From: Chrysomallon squamiferum
Lineage: Eukaryota; Animalia; Mollusca
Direction of reading: 5' to 3'
Assembly (NCBI GenBank): GCA_012295275.1
Contig: CM022672.1
Span: forward strand, 20,956,001-21,020,000
Length of the DNA: 64,000 nt
Positions 1 to 13,440 of this stretch are shown piece by piece. Numbering within the stretch: position 1 is the first letter of the stretch; each line of letters starts with the position of its first letter. Below the pieces are notes generated by a model that saw nothing but the letters and a program-made list of their open reading frames with translations, did not search any database and was not told the DNA's origin. The position numbers and the translations under genes are program-made.

Positions 1-204
1 GTAAACATCTCATCCAGTGGAAATTTTGTGTACCAGAATAAAATTTTCTCTTTGAGGTCAATATCTTTTGTGGTATGTTGAGATGTAGCATAACTGTCAA
101 ACAGGCAATGGAAGCAAGAATGTTTCTCTAGACTCTTGGAGCCCTTTTCAGAAGAAAATCTTTTTGAAATTGCCAAAGACATGCACTTTGTACTTGTTAT
201 AAAT
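1..204 (-). CDS. Candidate antisense coding exon inside a VARS2 intron; open to the window edge, product unknown
   Basis: Acceptor tttcttcaatttatag on the minus strand ending at 205, then a stop-free frame to position 1: FITSTKCMSLAISKRFSSEKGSKSLEKHSCFHCLFDSYATSQHTTKDIDLKEKILFWYTKFPLDEMF. No family recognised. Confidence 0.35.
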
Positions 205-425
205 CTATAAATTGAAGAAATTTTACATTTTCATGGTTTACCTTTATATTAGGTAAATAATGTATATTTTTTCAGTTAATGTTTCAAATTATCATTTTTA
301 ACATGTGTAATGATGGAAAGTCTATTTTATATTATTTAAACAATATATCAGTATATATATATATATATTATATATATATATATATATCAGTTTTTTTATT
401 TTTTTTTTTTTCTGTTTTGTTTTAG

Positions 426-751
426 ACACCTGATTTTGCCAAGTTTTATCCAACAAGTCTTCTTGAAACTGGAAGTGATATTCTGTTTTTCTGGGTTGCC
501 AGGATGGTAATGATGGGCTTAAAACTGACAGGAGAACTACCATTTGAAAAAGTACAGTCTGAATGACTTGTTTAAAATATATTGCTGTTGATACTTGAAA
601 AACACAAAATAATAATAACATAAAGTTATGATATTTTAAAAGAACAAATTACTTTTTGACATTAGAGATTTTCATTATTTTTAACTTACCAAGACAAAAT
701 TTGGTGCTTATTGTAATTATTTCATTATTGCCACATTAATTTGTCCAGATC

Positions 752-794
<43 letters not shown>

Positions 795-3700
795 TTTATT
801 TAATTTCATTTCATTTTTATGTTTCCTTGGTGGGGTCAGCAGTCTAAACTCTTTTTAGATATTTATTCATGTATGTAAATACCAAACATGTATATTTTAA
901 TAAATTTTGTAAACCTTAATAAATTAAAATTATTATTAGTCATTAAATACATTTTCAAGATTAGTATTATTATAGAATCATGAAAGTGACAACTTTATAT
1001 AAGCCAGAAATATAAACTCATTAAAAACATTTATAACATGGTAGATAAACTCTAACTTCAAGTTGATATATTAAATATGCATACTACTTAGAAAAGACTT
1101 TTAAAATAATAAGGCATGAAAATACTGTTTAATACAATATTATTCTTTTTAAAGGTGAATATTTTCTTGTTTAATATAAAATTATTTTTGTTTAATTTGA
1201 ACACTTTCTTATTTAATATAAAATAATTTATGTTTAATCGGAACATTTTCTTAATTAATATGAAATTATTTTTGTTTATTAAAACATTTTCATTTTTAAT
1301 ATAAAATTATTCTTGTTTAATTTGAACTTTTTCTTGTTTAATAAGAAGTTATAATTTGTTCAGGTTTTATTGCATGGTTTGCTCAGAGATGCTCATGGCA
1401 GGAAAATGAGTAAATCTCTAGGAAATGTCATTGATCCAATGGATGTTATTCATGGAATTTCTCTTGAGGTAATTTTACAATAATATATATACAGTATGTC
1501 TCTTATATCTATATTTGTATCTCTATAGCCATATTTATCAGTCAGTCTTTCTATCTATTTGCATATATGTATCCATAAATACATACATTTGTTGTTGAGA
1601 TTCTTAATTTTCAACAGGATTCCTGATACATTTCTGAAGTTCTAGAAATATATTTCTGTAGCTGATTATAAGTTATACCATAATAGCGGTTGTTATATTA
1701 AAAATTAAGAACCTCAGCAATAAATATATTTAAAAATCACAAAATTCTTTTCTCTTATCCTTTTTACAAATCAGTTCTGTCATGCATTATTCAGAAATTA
1801 TAAAAATGTTAACTTGCACAAGTATTTTATAATGACACTGTACATGTTTTAATTACATTTACTGTCATGTTAAACAGACATATTGAGAAATGTATATAAT
1901 ATGATTGTAAACTTTTATGGTTTGAATTACCCTTCCCTTATTTAATTATCATAAAATACTGTGTTGGCTTTTCACCATCTTCTATCCATTTGGCCCTAGC
2001 TTGAATTAAATTAAACTTTGCTTTCCTTTTATGATAATACCTAAAGCGATGATATTACCTGATTTATAAAACTGGCTTTTGTGGATGTTGTATTCAAAAG
2101 TATTGTTTAGCAAAACTATAACCTGACTGAAATTACTAATAAATGAGTTAAACAGACATTTATAAATCCACTGAAATCTAATTCATGTCTAAAATGTGTG
2201 TCTTGGAAGTTGGATAAATTAAATATAAAAAAGCTTAAGTTTTAGACAATTAATTACATCATTTCATTTCTTACAATCTCCTAGTTCCTGACATTTTAAA
2301 ACATGAGAAACTTTGTTTCACAATATTTATTTCATATAAATAAATAGTTTTAAAAATTTTATAAAAAATTGAATATAAATAATAAAAATAAATTGTTTCT
2401 CATTGTAAAGTTAATAACAGATTTCATGTTTGATTTTTATTTGTGTGCTAGGATCTCCAGGCCAAACTTGCTTCCAGTGGCCTGGACCCTGCTGAAATCA
2501 AGAAAGCTAAAGAGGGCCAGAAGAAAGACTTTCCCCAAGGAATACCTCAGTGTGGGGCTGATGCTCTTAGATTTACACTCTGCTCTTACGATTTTAAAGG
2601 TAAATGAAAGCAAATTATTTTGTGTATAGGTTTATGCACACTCCTTTCAAAAATATTTCTCAGATATAATTTTTTATTATTGTAGAAATGTGTATAAATT
2701 ATATTTATTTTTGGACTAGCATTTTCACTTTTTTGTTATTTTTTTCAAAGTAAGTTAATAACAAACCCACTGAACTGCATTTGGGTGTGATAACTAAGGA
2801 AATTCACCAAAAAGCTGGGTCTTCAGAGTTATTCCTCATTTCTTCTTAAGACTCCATTGCTGTTTTTCTGCTTTGTTATTCTATCCTAGTTGAAAAATTG
2901 ATCCACACAGATTTCCTGTTTGTTATTTCAGCTGGTGAAGTCAGCATGGACATCACTCATGTAAAGAGTCATCGTCATTTCTGTAACAAGGTCTGGCAAG
3001 CTTTTAAGTTTGTCACTGCAAACCTGGGAGAGGATTTCCAGTACAATGGTGTCTACCAGGTATAATAAAATAATAAACTTGTCTATCAGAACTATTGAGA
3101 ACACTGCTAATATTAGTAATGTTAATATTAGTGGTCTGCCCTACTTTGGTCAACCTCTTTTACTGACTTTTGAACACTAACTGAATAAAACCTGCATAAA
3201 TGGAAAATTTAAAGACATATCTTTGTTTATTGCTTGGTCGAAATTCCATTATTCTTATATGACCAGAAGGACATATCATCATTATTGTTATAAAAAAGTA
3301 AGTGTAGGCTATGAATCCACCTAAATTAATAGCATGTATTTTATATTACAGAGAACAGGATCTGAAAGTAAAGTGGATCTCTGGATTATTGGATGTCTCG
3401 GACACATGCTGGAAGCCTGTGACAAAAACTTCAGATCTTTCGATCTTCATTTTGTCACTAAAGCTTTGCATCACTTTTGGGTGTCAGAATTCTGTGATGT
3501 GTATTTGGTTTGTATAGAAATGGCTTTTTGACTTAAAAAAAAATGTAAGAAAGAAGTAATAATAAAAAAAAAAAAAATATATATTATTGACATTATATAT
3601 GTAAATATATTTTTAAAAATTATAACAATAATAAATACTAAAACACAAAAGTCCATCCCCACAACCAGCAATTGTTTGATGTGCAGAGTTGTTTTTTTTT

Positions 3701-6700
3701 ATTATTATTACTAGATTTTATTTCACAGTTTAAATATCTGTTTAATGCTGGATCATAATTATAATGTGCATCATTTGAATATAATTATAATCATAATATG
3801 TAGAGCATATAATCATAATATACAAAGCAGAGTGACTCAGATTAAGACATATTATCACTGAAAACACTGAGACCAATTTCTTGATACAGGAAGCTGTTAT
3901 ATTAAGTTCACATTAACAACTATTACAATTATAATGTTCATTTATTTAATTAATCATTTATATGTATCTCTTTATTTATTATTTAAAAATGTGTGTGTGT
4001 GTGTTTTTATAATTATCAGTTTTTACTGTTTATTTATTTATTAATTAAACCAGTACATTATTCATATAATTATATGATATGATAATTCTTTTGTTTTATT
4101 TTTATTTTTTATTTTACTCTAAGTATTTGATTTACCTGAAGGATTTGCTTTCAGGAATGTATGAAGCCAGTTTTGCAGAGTGGTTCTGAAGAAGAACAGA
4201 ATCGTGCCAGACAGATTCTTTACATGTGCACAGAAATATTTCTGAGAGCTCTCAGTCCCTTTATGCCATTTTTAACAGAAGAACTCTATCAAAGACTTCC
4301 AGTGAAGGGAAATAACTCTGCAGTCAGTGTTTGTGTATCAACATATCCTACATCTTTGGATGTAAGTTTGGTCAGCAGATCAGCAAGTAGTTGAACTAAT
4401 ATTGAGCATACATGTACCCTTGATAATTTATTTGTACATTTTATTTTATGTTATATGTTTGTCTCTCTCTGATATATATGTGCAAATAATGTAACAGATT
4501 ACAGAGGCATAGCATTGGTTGCCAGTGCCTGGGGCAAAGCTAAAATATTATTCCCCTGAGCCCCTTCCACTGGTCTAGTAGTGAACCAAAGAATAATGCA
4601 TGAGCCCACACTATGTCACTGATGTATATATATATATATATACACATATACTAGATTAGTGCTTTTATGGGTCAGTCTGCTCAAAGTATTATTAGTACAT
4701 AAGTGATAGACAGTTACATAGATGAGTACACAGATATAGATTGATTATGAATGAATCAGTGAATAACTAAATCATATGAATGAATGAATAATTATCCAAA
4801 TCAGGAAACAAAATACATTATCACAGAACTGAATTTTTTTTCTTTTTTTTTCTTAACTGTTACAAATTGAAATATTTGTTCATAAAATATTTATGATGTA
4901 GTGTTGACTGAAATATCATTTAACTTTCATTTATTCTTCTTTATTATTTTTCAAAACTGACATTTATATTTTGGTAAAGTATCACTGTTTCTGTGTTACA
5001 GGTACCAGTACATGACCAAAATATTGAGGATGAGATGAATTTGGTTCAGTTGATAAGTAACAGAGTGTTATCGTTGAGAAAGCTCTTCAACATGACTAAA
5101 GCCAGGCCTAATGGTAATAAAATATTTCAGTGCTAGATGGTCCTTCTAACTAGCTTACAAGTCAGTGCACCTTATCCCATACATACCATGGAATTATACT
5201 GCGATAACAATTCATAAGACTATAAAAGTATAATGTTATTATATTACCACAGTATTTTGCATCATGTTCTTCATAGAGAAAAAAATGCTTTTAATATTTA
5301 AATATGTATTATTATAAATCATTTTGATTATTGGTGTGTTCAAATTTGTTTATTCAGTCTTTAGGTATTCAGATTAATAATTATAGAAAGAGATATAACA
5401 TGAAGAAATAGATGGAAGTTTATAAGCTTTAAATCTTTTGGTTTATGGGTATATTTTTTGTACATGAAATTTGACAAATCATGAATAATGAAGGATGGAC
5501 AATCAAATATTTAAGAAACTTTCTAACAACAAACATTTCTGTATTAATTTATTCTGTCATATTGCTACATCATGTGAAACAAAAGAAGTGATATTTAGGT
5601 AACTCATTTAACACCACTATAAATGAACATTTTGTCAGTAAAGATTGAATCAATAAATGGAATATGCATGTAGTATTAATTATAAACAAAATAATCATTA
5701 AATTAAATAGTAGCTATCTAATGATTATGATCTGGTAATCAACATAGTATGGCAAATATAAATAAATTATTTATACATAGATGTATGATGTATTTTATCA
5801 TTTTCAGCTGTTTTGAAAGTAGAGAGTGAAAAACTGGCTCTGTCTCTGAGAGATTATGAGCTGAGTCTTCAGACTTTATCAAGAAGCAAAACTTTCAGTG
5901 TTACTTCAGAGTCCAGTCAGGTTCCCTTGACTGGGTCTGTCCAGATCGATGTGGATGACAACTGCCAGCTTCATGTTGTTATTGAGGTAATTAGTCTTCC
6001 ATCTTTGTATTCCCTGTTCAGTAACATTCGTGTGTGTGTGTGTGTGTCACGTGTGTGTGTGTGTATATATATATATATGTGTATGTATATATACATATAT
6101 ACACGTGTGTGTGTTGTGTATATGTGTACTCTATTTTAAAATGGTTTCAGGGTCTGGTTGATCCAGTCAAAGATGGAGAACGTCTGTCTAAAACTCACTC
6201 AGTTGTAAAAAGTGAACTTTCAAAGCTTGAAGACTTGAAATCAGATTCTGATGGAAGTCAGTCAGAAAAACTGTTGGGCAAGGTTTGTACACACTGTTTT
6301 TGTTTTTACTAACAATACATTTACAATAATAATCCAAAACTGAACACCAGCATTTACTGTACATGATTATAAATAAAATTTGTATTTAGGACCACACAGG
6401 CCACCCATGAGCTTTTAATACTGTTAAATAAACTGTGCATTGGTCATATGATGTAAAAGGTAATAAACATGCAATGGATTTCATTAATACTGCACAATCA
6501 AATTAGTTTTTAATTTGTAGGAAAATAGTTATGTAAAACAGTTTCTTTTTGTTATAATTGGCATTAACAACACTTTAAGAAAGCAAGAATCATGATTTAT
6601 CAATGACATTTATATTTATTGAAGTAAACAGAATACTGTGTTTATTGATTATCAAATATTCTTTTTACTGGTTTATTTTAGTTTTAAATTTTAATTATTT

Positions 6701-6950
6701 CTTACATATTTCCTTTATTTTTAAATTTTAAATACTTTTACCTAATCTCATTGTTTTTCATTCATTATTGATTTGTCACTCTACCAGGAATGTATGTTTT
6801 AATAATAATAATAGTAATAATAATATTTTTTTATTCATTTGTTTGATTTTTTATTTTATTTTGCAGGAACTATCTCTTCAGAAGGAAGTTGAACGACTTG
6901 AACACATTATTTCAGTTCTAAATGAGATGAAGAAAAGGCCACATCTGTGA
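426..6950 (+). CDS. VARS2: Valyl-tRNA synthetase, mitochondrial type; 3' portion (10 exons), 5' exons lie upstream of the window
   Basis: GT-AG exons with consistent phases: 426-551 ([25 protein letters not shown]), 1364-1468 ([25 protein letters not shown], class I KMSKS), 2452-2599 ([21 protein letters not shown]), 2932-3059 ([13 protein letters not shown]), 3352-3507 ([11 protein letters not shown]), 4155-4361 ([16 protein letters not shown]), 5002-5113, 5808-5986, 6151-6282, 6867-6950 (stop TGA). ETGSD, VLLH and RFTLCS resemble VARS2 more than cytosolic VARS1 (from recalled sequences). Confidence 0.93.
1162..1345. repeat. Degenerate ~42-bp tandem minisatellite, about 4.5 copies
   Basis: Unit approximates ttttcttgtttaatataaaattatttttgtttaatttgaaca, repeated just upstream of the acceptor at 1363. 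Confidence 0.75.
4653..4895 (+). repeat. Intronic direct copy of VARS2 3'UTR segment (copy 1)
   Basis: Near-identical to 7016-7269 (agattagtgcttttat...cataaaatatttatg), differing by a few substitutions and the poly-T length. Confidence 0.9.
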
Positions 6951-7015
6951 TTATTTGTGGATCACCATTTAGATATAACCACATCTTCAACCAGTTTTAC
7001 TATTCATTAACCAAC

Positions 7016-7269
7016 AGATTAGTGCTTTTATTTGTCAGTCTGCTCAAAGTATTATGAATACATAAGTGATAGACAGTTACATAGATGAGTACACAGATAC
7101 AGATTGATTATGAATGAATCAGTGAATAACTAAATCATATGAATGAATGAATGATTATCCAAATCAGGAAACAAAATACATTATCACAGAACTGAATTTT
7201 TTTTTTTTTTTTTTTTTTAATAATTCTTAACTGTTACAAATTGAAATATTTGTTCATAAAATATTTATG
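7016..7269 (+). repeat. VARS2 3'UTR segment duplicated at 4653-4895 (copy 2)
   Basis: Begins 66 nt after the VARS2 stop codon; direct repeat of 4653-4895. Confidence 0.9.
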
Positions 7270-7947
7270 TTTGATTTCCATGTCAATGAATAGCTTGTAG
7301 ATACAGGGTGTTTATTAAAAAAAAAATGTCATCTATATTTTATTCAGGATTTTTTTATTTTTGTTGTTCTTGTTGTTTTTGGTAAAGCAAATTCAGTGGG
7401 AAGATGAGTTCCTGACCAATTTCAGTCAAATAAAAATACCTAATTTATTACACCTAGGTCTACCTGGCCATGGTTTTGTGATTCATTTCCAAGTGCTAAA
7501 AATATATTTTTTTAAAGACTTTTGTTTTTATTAAAACAAACAAACAAGGAAAAAAAAAAAAAAATGAAACAAACAACAAAGTAAGCTTATATTGGCAGAG
7601 AATGCACATGTTTAAAATATCCATTGGGAAGAAAAGGACATTAAACAATAAGCATAACAAGAAAAACAGAATATTTGTTGAGATAAATGAATATGCAAGT
7701 AGTATAAAAATTTGTTTGATCCATATGACTACTCCTACATTTGTTATGGTAATTTTTGGTTTGTATTTTTAATTGGTTTATTGGTATTTTTAAAAATTAT
7801 ACCTTTAAAGAATGGTTATTTCAAACTGCTCTGGGATTCTGATTATTTGGAAGTTGCTGCTGCTGCTGTTCAAAACTTATAACTTTGAAGTTATTCTGGT
7901 TTAGATAATTTTCCCTGATTCTGTAACTGAGATTTGTTATTTGCACA

Positions 7948-7982
<35 letters not shown>

Positions 7983-8378
7983 AGATTCATAATTATGTGA
8001 AACACCTAATATTATGTGATCTAATTTTTTCTGATCTATGATTAAATATTTAATCTCTTTCAGTTTTAATAGCCAAGTATAATTACATGAATGAAAATAA
8101 TCAATATAGTTAGTAGCTGGATAAATAACATTTCCATCAGTAATGCAAAAATTATAATAAGAATATTATTATACAATATTAGTGATACTGGTTACATTCT
8201 GGTATCGATATTCATGGGAGCACATAATGGTTGTCATGTCCTGTTAATAAATTACTTGAATGTTAAAAGCGAAAATTATAAAATTAATTTAATATGCATT
8301 TTTTTATTATTATTATTGAACTGTTACCTTAAATTCACTCTGAACAAATATTTATTTACTATATTTACTACTTTAAAC

Positions 8379-8417
<39 letters not shown>

Positions 8418-11400
8418 TATTTATTATTTTAACGTTTAATAGCGGTAATCAATAATTCTTCTCAAATTAAAATTGCATTAACTCGTTCTGTCATTCGACT
8501 CATTGCAGTTCTAGATTTGCTCTGACGAACTTAACAAAAGAGATGTTAAGCAACAGTAATATTACATCTGTCGATAAAGACAACAGATGGAAAACATAAA
8601 AATCAATGTTTTCATTTTTGCAAAACACTAATTTTCGAACTTATTATCTAAATTTACCACCACGCTCGAACGCCAAGCCATCTGCCGTCTCTTCCAATAC
8701 AGGATGTGATTTTTTTTGTATTTACCTTTTTCGCGACGAATTGTGGGATACCTTGCCGACGTCTGAAACGCCAGGTGTCTCAGTCACTATTCTTTCCACA
8801 GTATATTCTCCTTTTTCAAACCGATGTCGACCGACAGGCTTCAAGAAAAGACTGGTCTCCATTATGTTACTACGACACAGTGTGTGACATAGGTCAAATG
8901 TTACAAAAATAGCACCTGGCAGATCGGATGTTTGTGTTTTTACCTGTAGTAAATATACTGTTTATACAGTGGTAGGATATGCGTCGGCTACTGTAACCGC
9001 ATAACGTGTTCAACGGATAGAAGGTAATAAGATTTTCGACGGAGATAAAAAATCTGAAAAACAAAAGGTGAGATACATTTATATTTTTAATGAAACGTAT
9101 GCATTCAACAAAATTCACTTTCAGTTATGGTGTCTCTCCTTTTATTATTGTTATTCAGTGCATGCAACGTTTGGTATAAATTATAAAATATAGTTGAGTT
9201 TTTGTTCATTCATTCATTCTTTTCTATCTTTTTTAATCCTGATTCATACATTATGACTGATGTTATATATAGGTGTATATTTGATCTGTCTATCTACCTT
9301 TTATTTTATTTTTTTTGATTCCTCGGACCCATTAGGTAAACATTGACATAAACAAAGAGTGGTGACACATTTTTCCGGTACAGAGGAAACTTCGTTTTTA
9401 AAAGGTAACAATTGACCGGATTTGATCGATTTTAAAAACGACGTCATTGTCGCACAACATAAAGCGTTGATTCCATTGGGGTCAAAAAAAAAAAAAAAAA
9501 AAAAAAAAAGAACAAGAAAAAAAGAAAAAGAAAAGGCAGAATAAATAAAGAAACAGAAATATTCATGGTCGGGTAATAATAATAATAATTATTATTATAA
9601 TAAAATATAAAAAATTAAAAAATATGAAAAGAAATGGCTAAATAATCTTGATATTAATCAAAAAATTATTCATTAATTTCCTGATAATAATAGAAAGAGA
9701 GAGAGACCGACCGACCAACAACATTTACTCCCTATTTTCTATTTTAATTATAATTTTTTAACATTTTGTTTGTTAGATTATTTGTTTATTCATTCATTCA
9801 TTCATTTCTTTTCTTTTTAATGCATTAATTTATTAAAGTAGTATTATTTATTTTAGTTAATAGATTATAAACAATTTAACGTAATAAATGGTTTTTAATA
9901 TTTGGATTAGAACTATAATGTGTACCACTAGATCATTTTTCTTTTTAATTAAAATTTTTCATTTTTCATTTTACATATATTTGCACATATATATTACATT
10001 ATTAACTTTTATTAGCTGTTTAAATTAGTAATATACATACAAATACTAACGACAACGTGTATTTGTCTGTAAACGCAGCAGCATTGTGTTGTTATATATA
10101 ATTATGACAGGTATGTGGAAGCCATCTGATTGATTTACACATTCATAGCTGGGGGCAAGTGAAAAAAAAAAAAAAACAGAAGAAAGGAGATAATTATGTG
10201 TGTCTGAAAGAAGTCAAGACCGATGATGTAAAACTATCTGACAAAAGCAAACAGAGAATAATGTTTAATAACTGAACTGAAATTCATAGAGGTCTCTTGT
10301 AACTGAGACGCTAAACAGCATTTTTTTTTAAAATTATTATTATTATTATTTGAACTTGTAATTAAACTCAAGTATTTGATTATGTGGTCTGAATGTACAT
10401 GTATTTGAAGGGAAGAGACTGAAGGAACGAACATATTTCAACTGAAGTAATTGTCTTCAAACTGGAAAATAGTAACTGATTTACTAACTAAGAAATTCCA
10501 TGACAAAGGAATATACATTATTTATCACTTGTCGACTAGGTTGACGAACGAACATTCCTCACGTTAATCTACAGTAACAATACTCTTTTGTCTACAAAAA
10601 GGTAAAAACGTAACATGGTTTTATTGCACAACGTCAGAACCTCTAGACAAACATCCTTACAGCTTATGATTAACTGAATAATTTTACAGTAACAATACTT
10701 TTATATATTTAATATATATTTAGTGTAAAGAAGACAAATAATTATTAGATACAAAAGTTTAATTTACTATCGTGAACACTACCGATAGATACTTAATCAA
10801 ATTTGCAACAGCAGTTTTATAATTATTATTATTTATTTATACTTTTATTTATTTATAGATTTATCAATTTAATTATTTTTTTTTTATTATTTTTTTTATT
10901 ATTATTTGTGTGTGTGTGTGAATTTTATTGTAGTTAACAGTTTCTGATTAACGAGAAAAATAAATAAATAGAAACTGACCAAAAACAAAATTAATCTCCT
11001 TACTGATAAAAATACTATGACGTCAGTATCTATCGGATTAAAACCAAATGAACCTTTTTTTCCAGTAAAATTAATATCCTAAAACGAATCCTCTTCAAAC
11101 AATGCTTTATTCCTGTCGAGTTATCATTTTGACAAACTTTAGTTATCCATAATTAAAATGCCATTTTTTTAAAAATAAAATGTTCTACTCAAAATGTCAT
11201 ATGACCTCATCTTCTTTCTTCAGGGGTGTTTCTTTTTATTTGTTTATTAAATTTTATTTTTTAAAATAATTAATGTCATCGTGTTTGTATTAAAATTAAT
11301 GGTACGGGTTGGTCTGGTGCGGACTAGACGTCGTGACAGCCGTGATGACCATTTTAGTTCAGTCATCGTGTGCAGAAATATATTTCTATGTGAAGGTATC

Positions 11401-12610
11401 TTGTCTGTAGACGACGGATCATTAACATTTGGTTTATAAATTAAAGATGAAATCGTCATGAATCATGCCATTATTGCTAAGTATTTTATGGATGTTTTTG
11501 CCATCAAATAGCTCTCCTCAGTTCACAGTCTGGTAAACAGTTAATAATGGTATTTGGTTAAGTATCGTTTTAAACAGGACACTGACAAAGGTTTGAGAGG
11601 GCTGTAATAACAATATTAACCATACGTTTTCGATATAATGGTTGCAGGAAATGTTCTGTACAGTTTTCCTGAAGTTAAATATTACTAACACTCTGAATTG
11701 GATGAGGGTTTACATGATTTCAGAAAGGAAAGGCATTGTAGTGAGCATTATTTTCATTACAAGGGAAAAAACATCAAATCGGAATGCAGATAGTGGTGCT
11801 TCAGGGGTTGTATCCTCAACCCTATTTCTTTCATCTGGACAGTATAAAATTAGTGAAAACAATCTGATACTGTAACCTATTCAGAGGCAGTGGTGGATTA
11901 CCGCGGAAAATTCGAGGATTACTGAATGTGTGTAATTTTTTAAGATAAATATATTCCTGGACGTAAGATTTTCTTTCTTCATTTCTCTTTTCTTTCTGTA
12001 ACAATTTTATACAAACTATTTATTTTTTTATATCAAACACCTGTTTGTTAAGCAGCAGACTTCACCTCCAGTCATTAGTTGGACATGTAACTACAAGTTT
12101 TACCTACAACACTGTAATCTAGTTGTAATATATTTACATTATTCTTAAGTCGTAACACACACAATTGCCATCACATACCACTACTACTGTTACAGGGTCA
12201 TTTAAAACAATGCAATATTGAAATTGTCATGCAAAATTTTCCCTAATTTTCGTGTTGTCATACACATTTTATTTTTTATTACATTTTTTGACGTGTATTA
12301 TTATTATTATTATTACTGCATCAGGTTTATTATATATTCATTATTATTATTAGTCTTACCTTCTTTTGTAATGTCCTTGTTTCTTTTCCTTAACGAATGA
12401 AACCAACATGTATCCTAACAAAACAAAGATTTGATCATAGTTATTTTGGTCTAATCTGTGTTCAGACTGGCTAAACTTCAGCGAAATGATTCACGGCAAT
12501 AAACTTGGCAATGAATTAGATAGCTGTATTTCAATATAATTATAAAGTTACAACCATCTAATTCATTGTTAGTTTCCATTATGGTTCTGTAAAAGTTAAA
12601 CAGTGTGCAT

Positions 12611-12647
<37 letters not shown>

Positions 12648-13440
12648 TTTATTTATTTATTTCAAGAATTCATCATGAGCATATACAAATACGCAGATAT
12701 ATACAGGAACATTTTTATATATCTTTTCCTTGGAAACACTGGCTTTACTCAAATATACATTTCCGAATATTTGAGTTAATATTACTCACATTTGTAGTTT
12801 TAGAACACTGGCTTTGTAAATACAGTGTGTTTACTGTTATTGAGTACAGTTTTATACTGTATACATAGATTCTGTTACAGATTAGTCCGAGAGGGGCGGT
12901 CGCTGGCATAAAATAGAGGAATTAAGCCTGAATCCATGTATGGGTTATTACTGTGGAATAAGACCATGAACAGAATGAGGTTTAGTTTATGCCTTGGACA
13001 TTTTTCATCTGATAATTATTAGCTTAATGATAGCCTCGTTAGATAGGAGATATTTGTGTATGCTCAATATCGGGATTCATGTTCATGTTTAATACTGCAT
13101 ATAAATATTTTATTACAGTAACGATCATGATTATGTAGAAATAAGAATTAATTTTGGTATCTGTATTGCATATTCCTGGAATTAAAACAAACCGTTTTAA
13201 TTTTTTATATTTTATTTATTTATTTTTTTTTTTTTTTTAGGAAAAATAAAAATTCAATACAAAACCATTGCATTATTTAGATTTAGTATCGGCAGCTTTT
13301 CTAAATAAATTATGTAATTTGTAATATTTTTTGCATTTTTTTTTTGAGTTTTAATTAATTTTTTTTTTTATTTATTTCAGGTTATTGAAGATGTTGTAAA
13401 TATAGAAATGATATATCTAATGGTCACGTGATGTGATTAG

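Noticed and set aside
322-621. 99-aa minus-strand ORF
   Set aside because: Antisense shadow of VARS2 exon 426-551 extended by poly-A and (TA)n; no convincing donor.
1162-1345. CRISPR-like periodic array
   Set aside because: No unique spacers, eukaryotic intron context, no cas genes; an ordinary minisatellite.
4500-4570. CAGTGGCG-type MITE end remnants (also about 38990, 29370, 30850)
   Set aside because: Too short and degenerate; no paired TIRs or TSDs found.
8606-8912. Plus-strand 93-aa and 68-aa ORFs
   Set aside because: No motif; the block is better explained as a CpG-rich promoter or minus-strand first exon.
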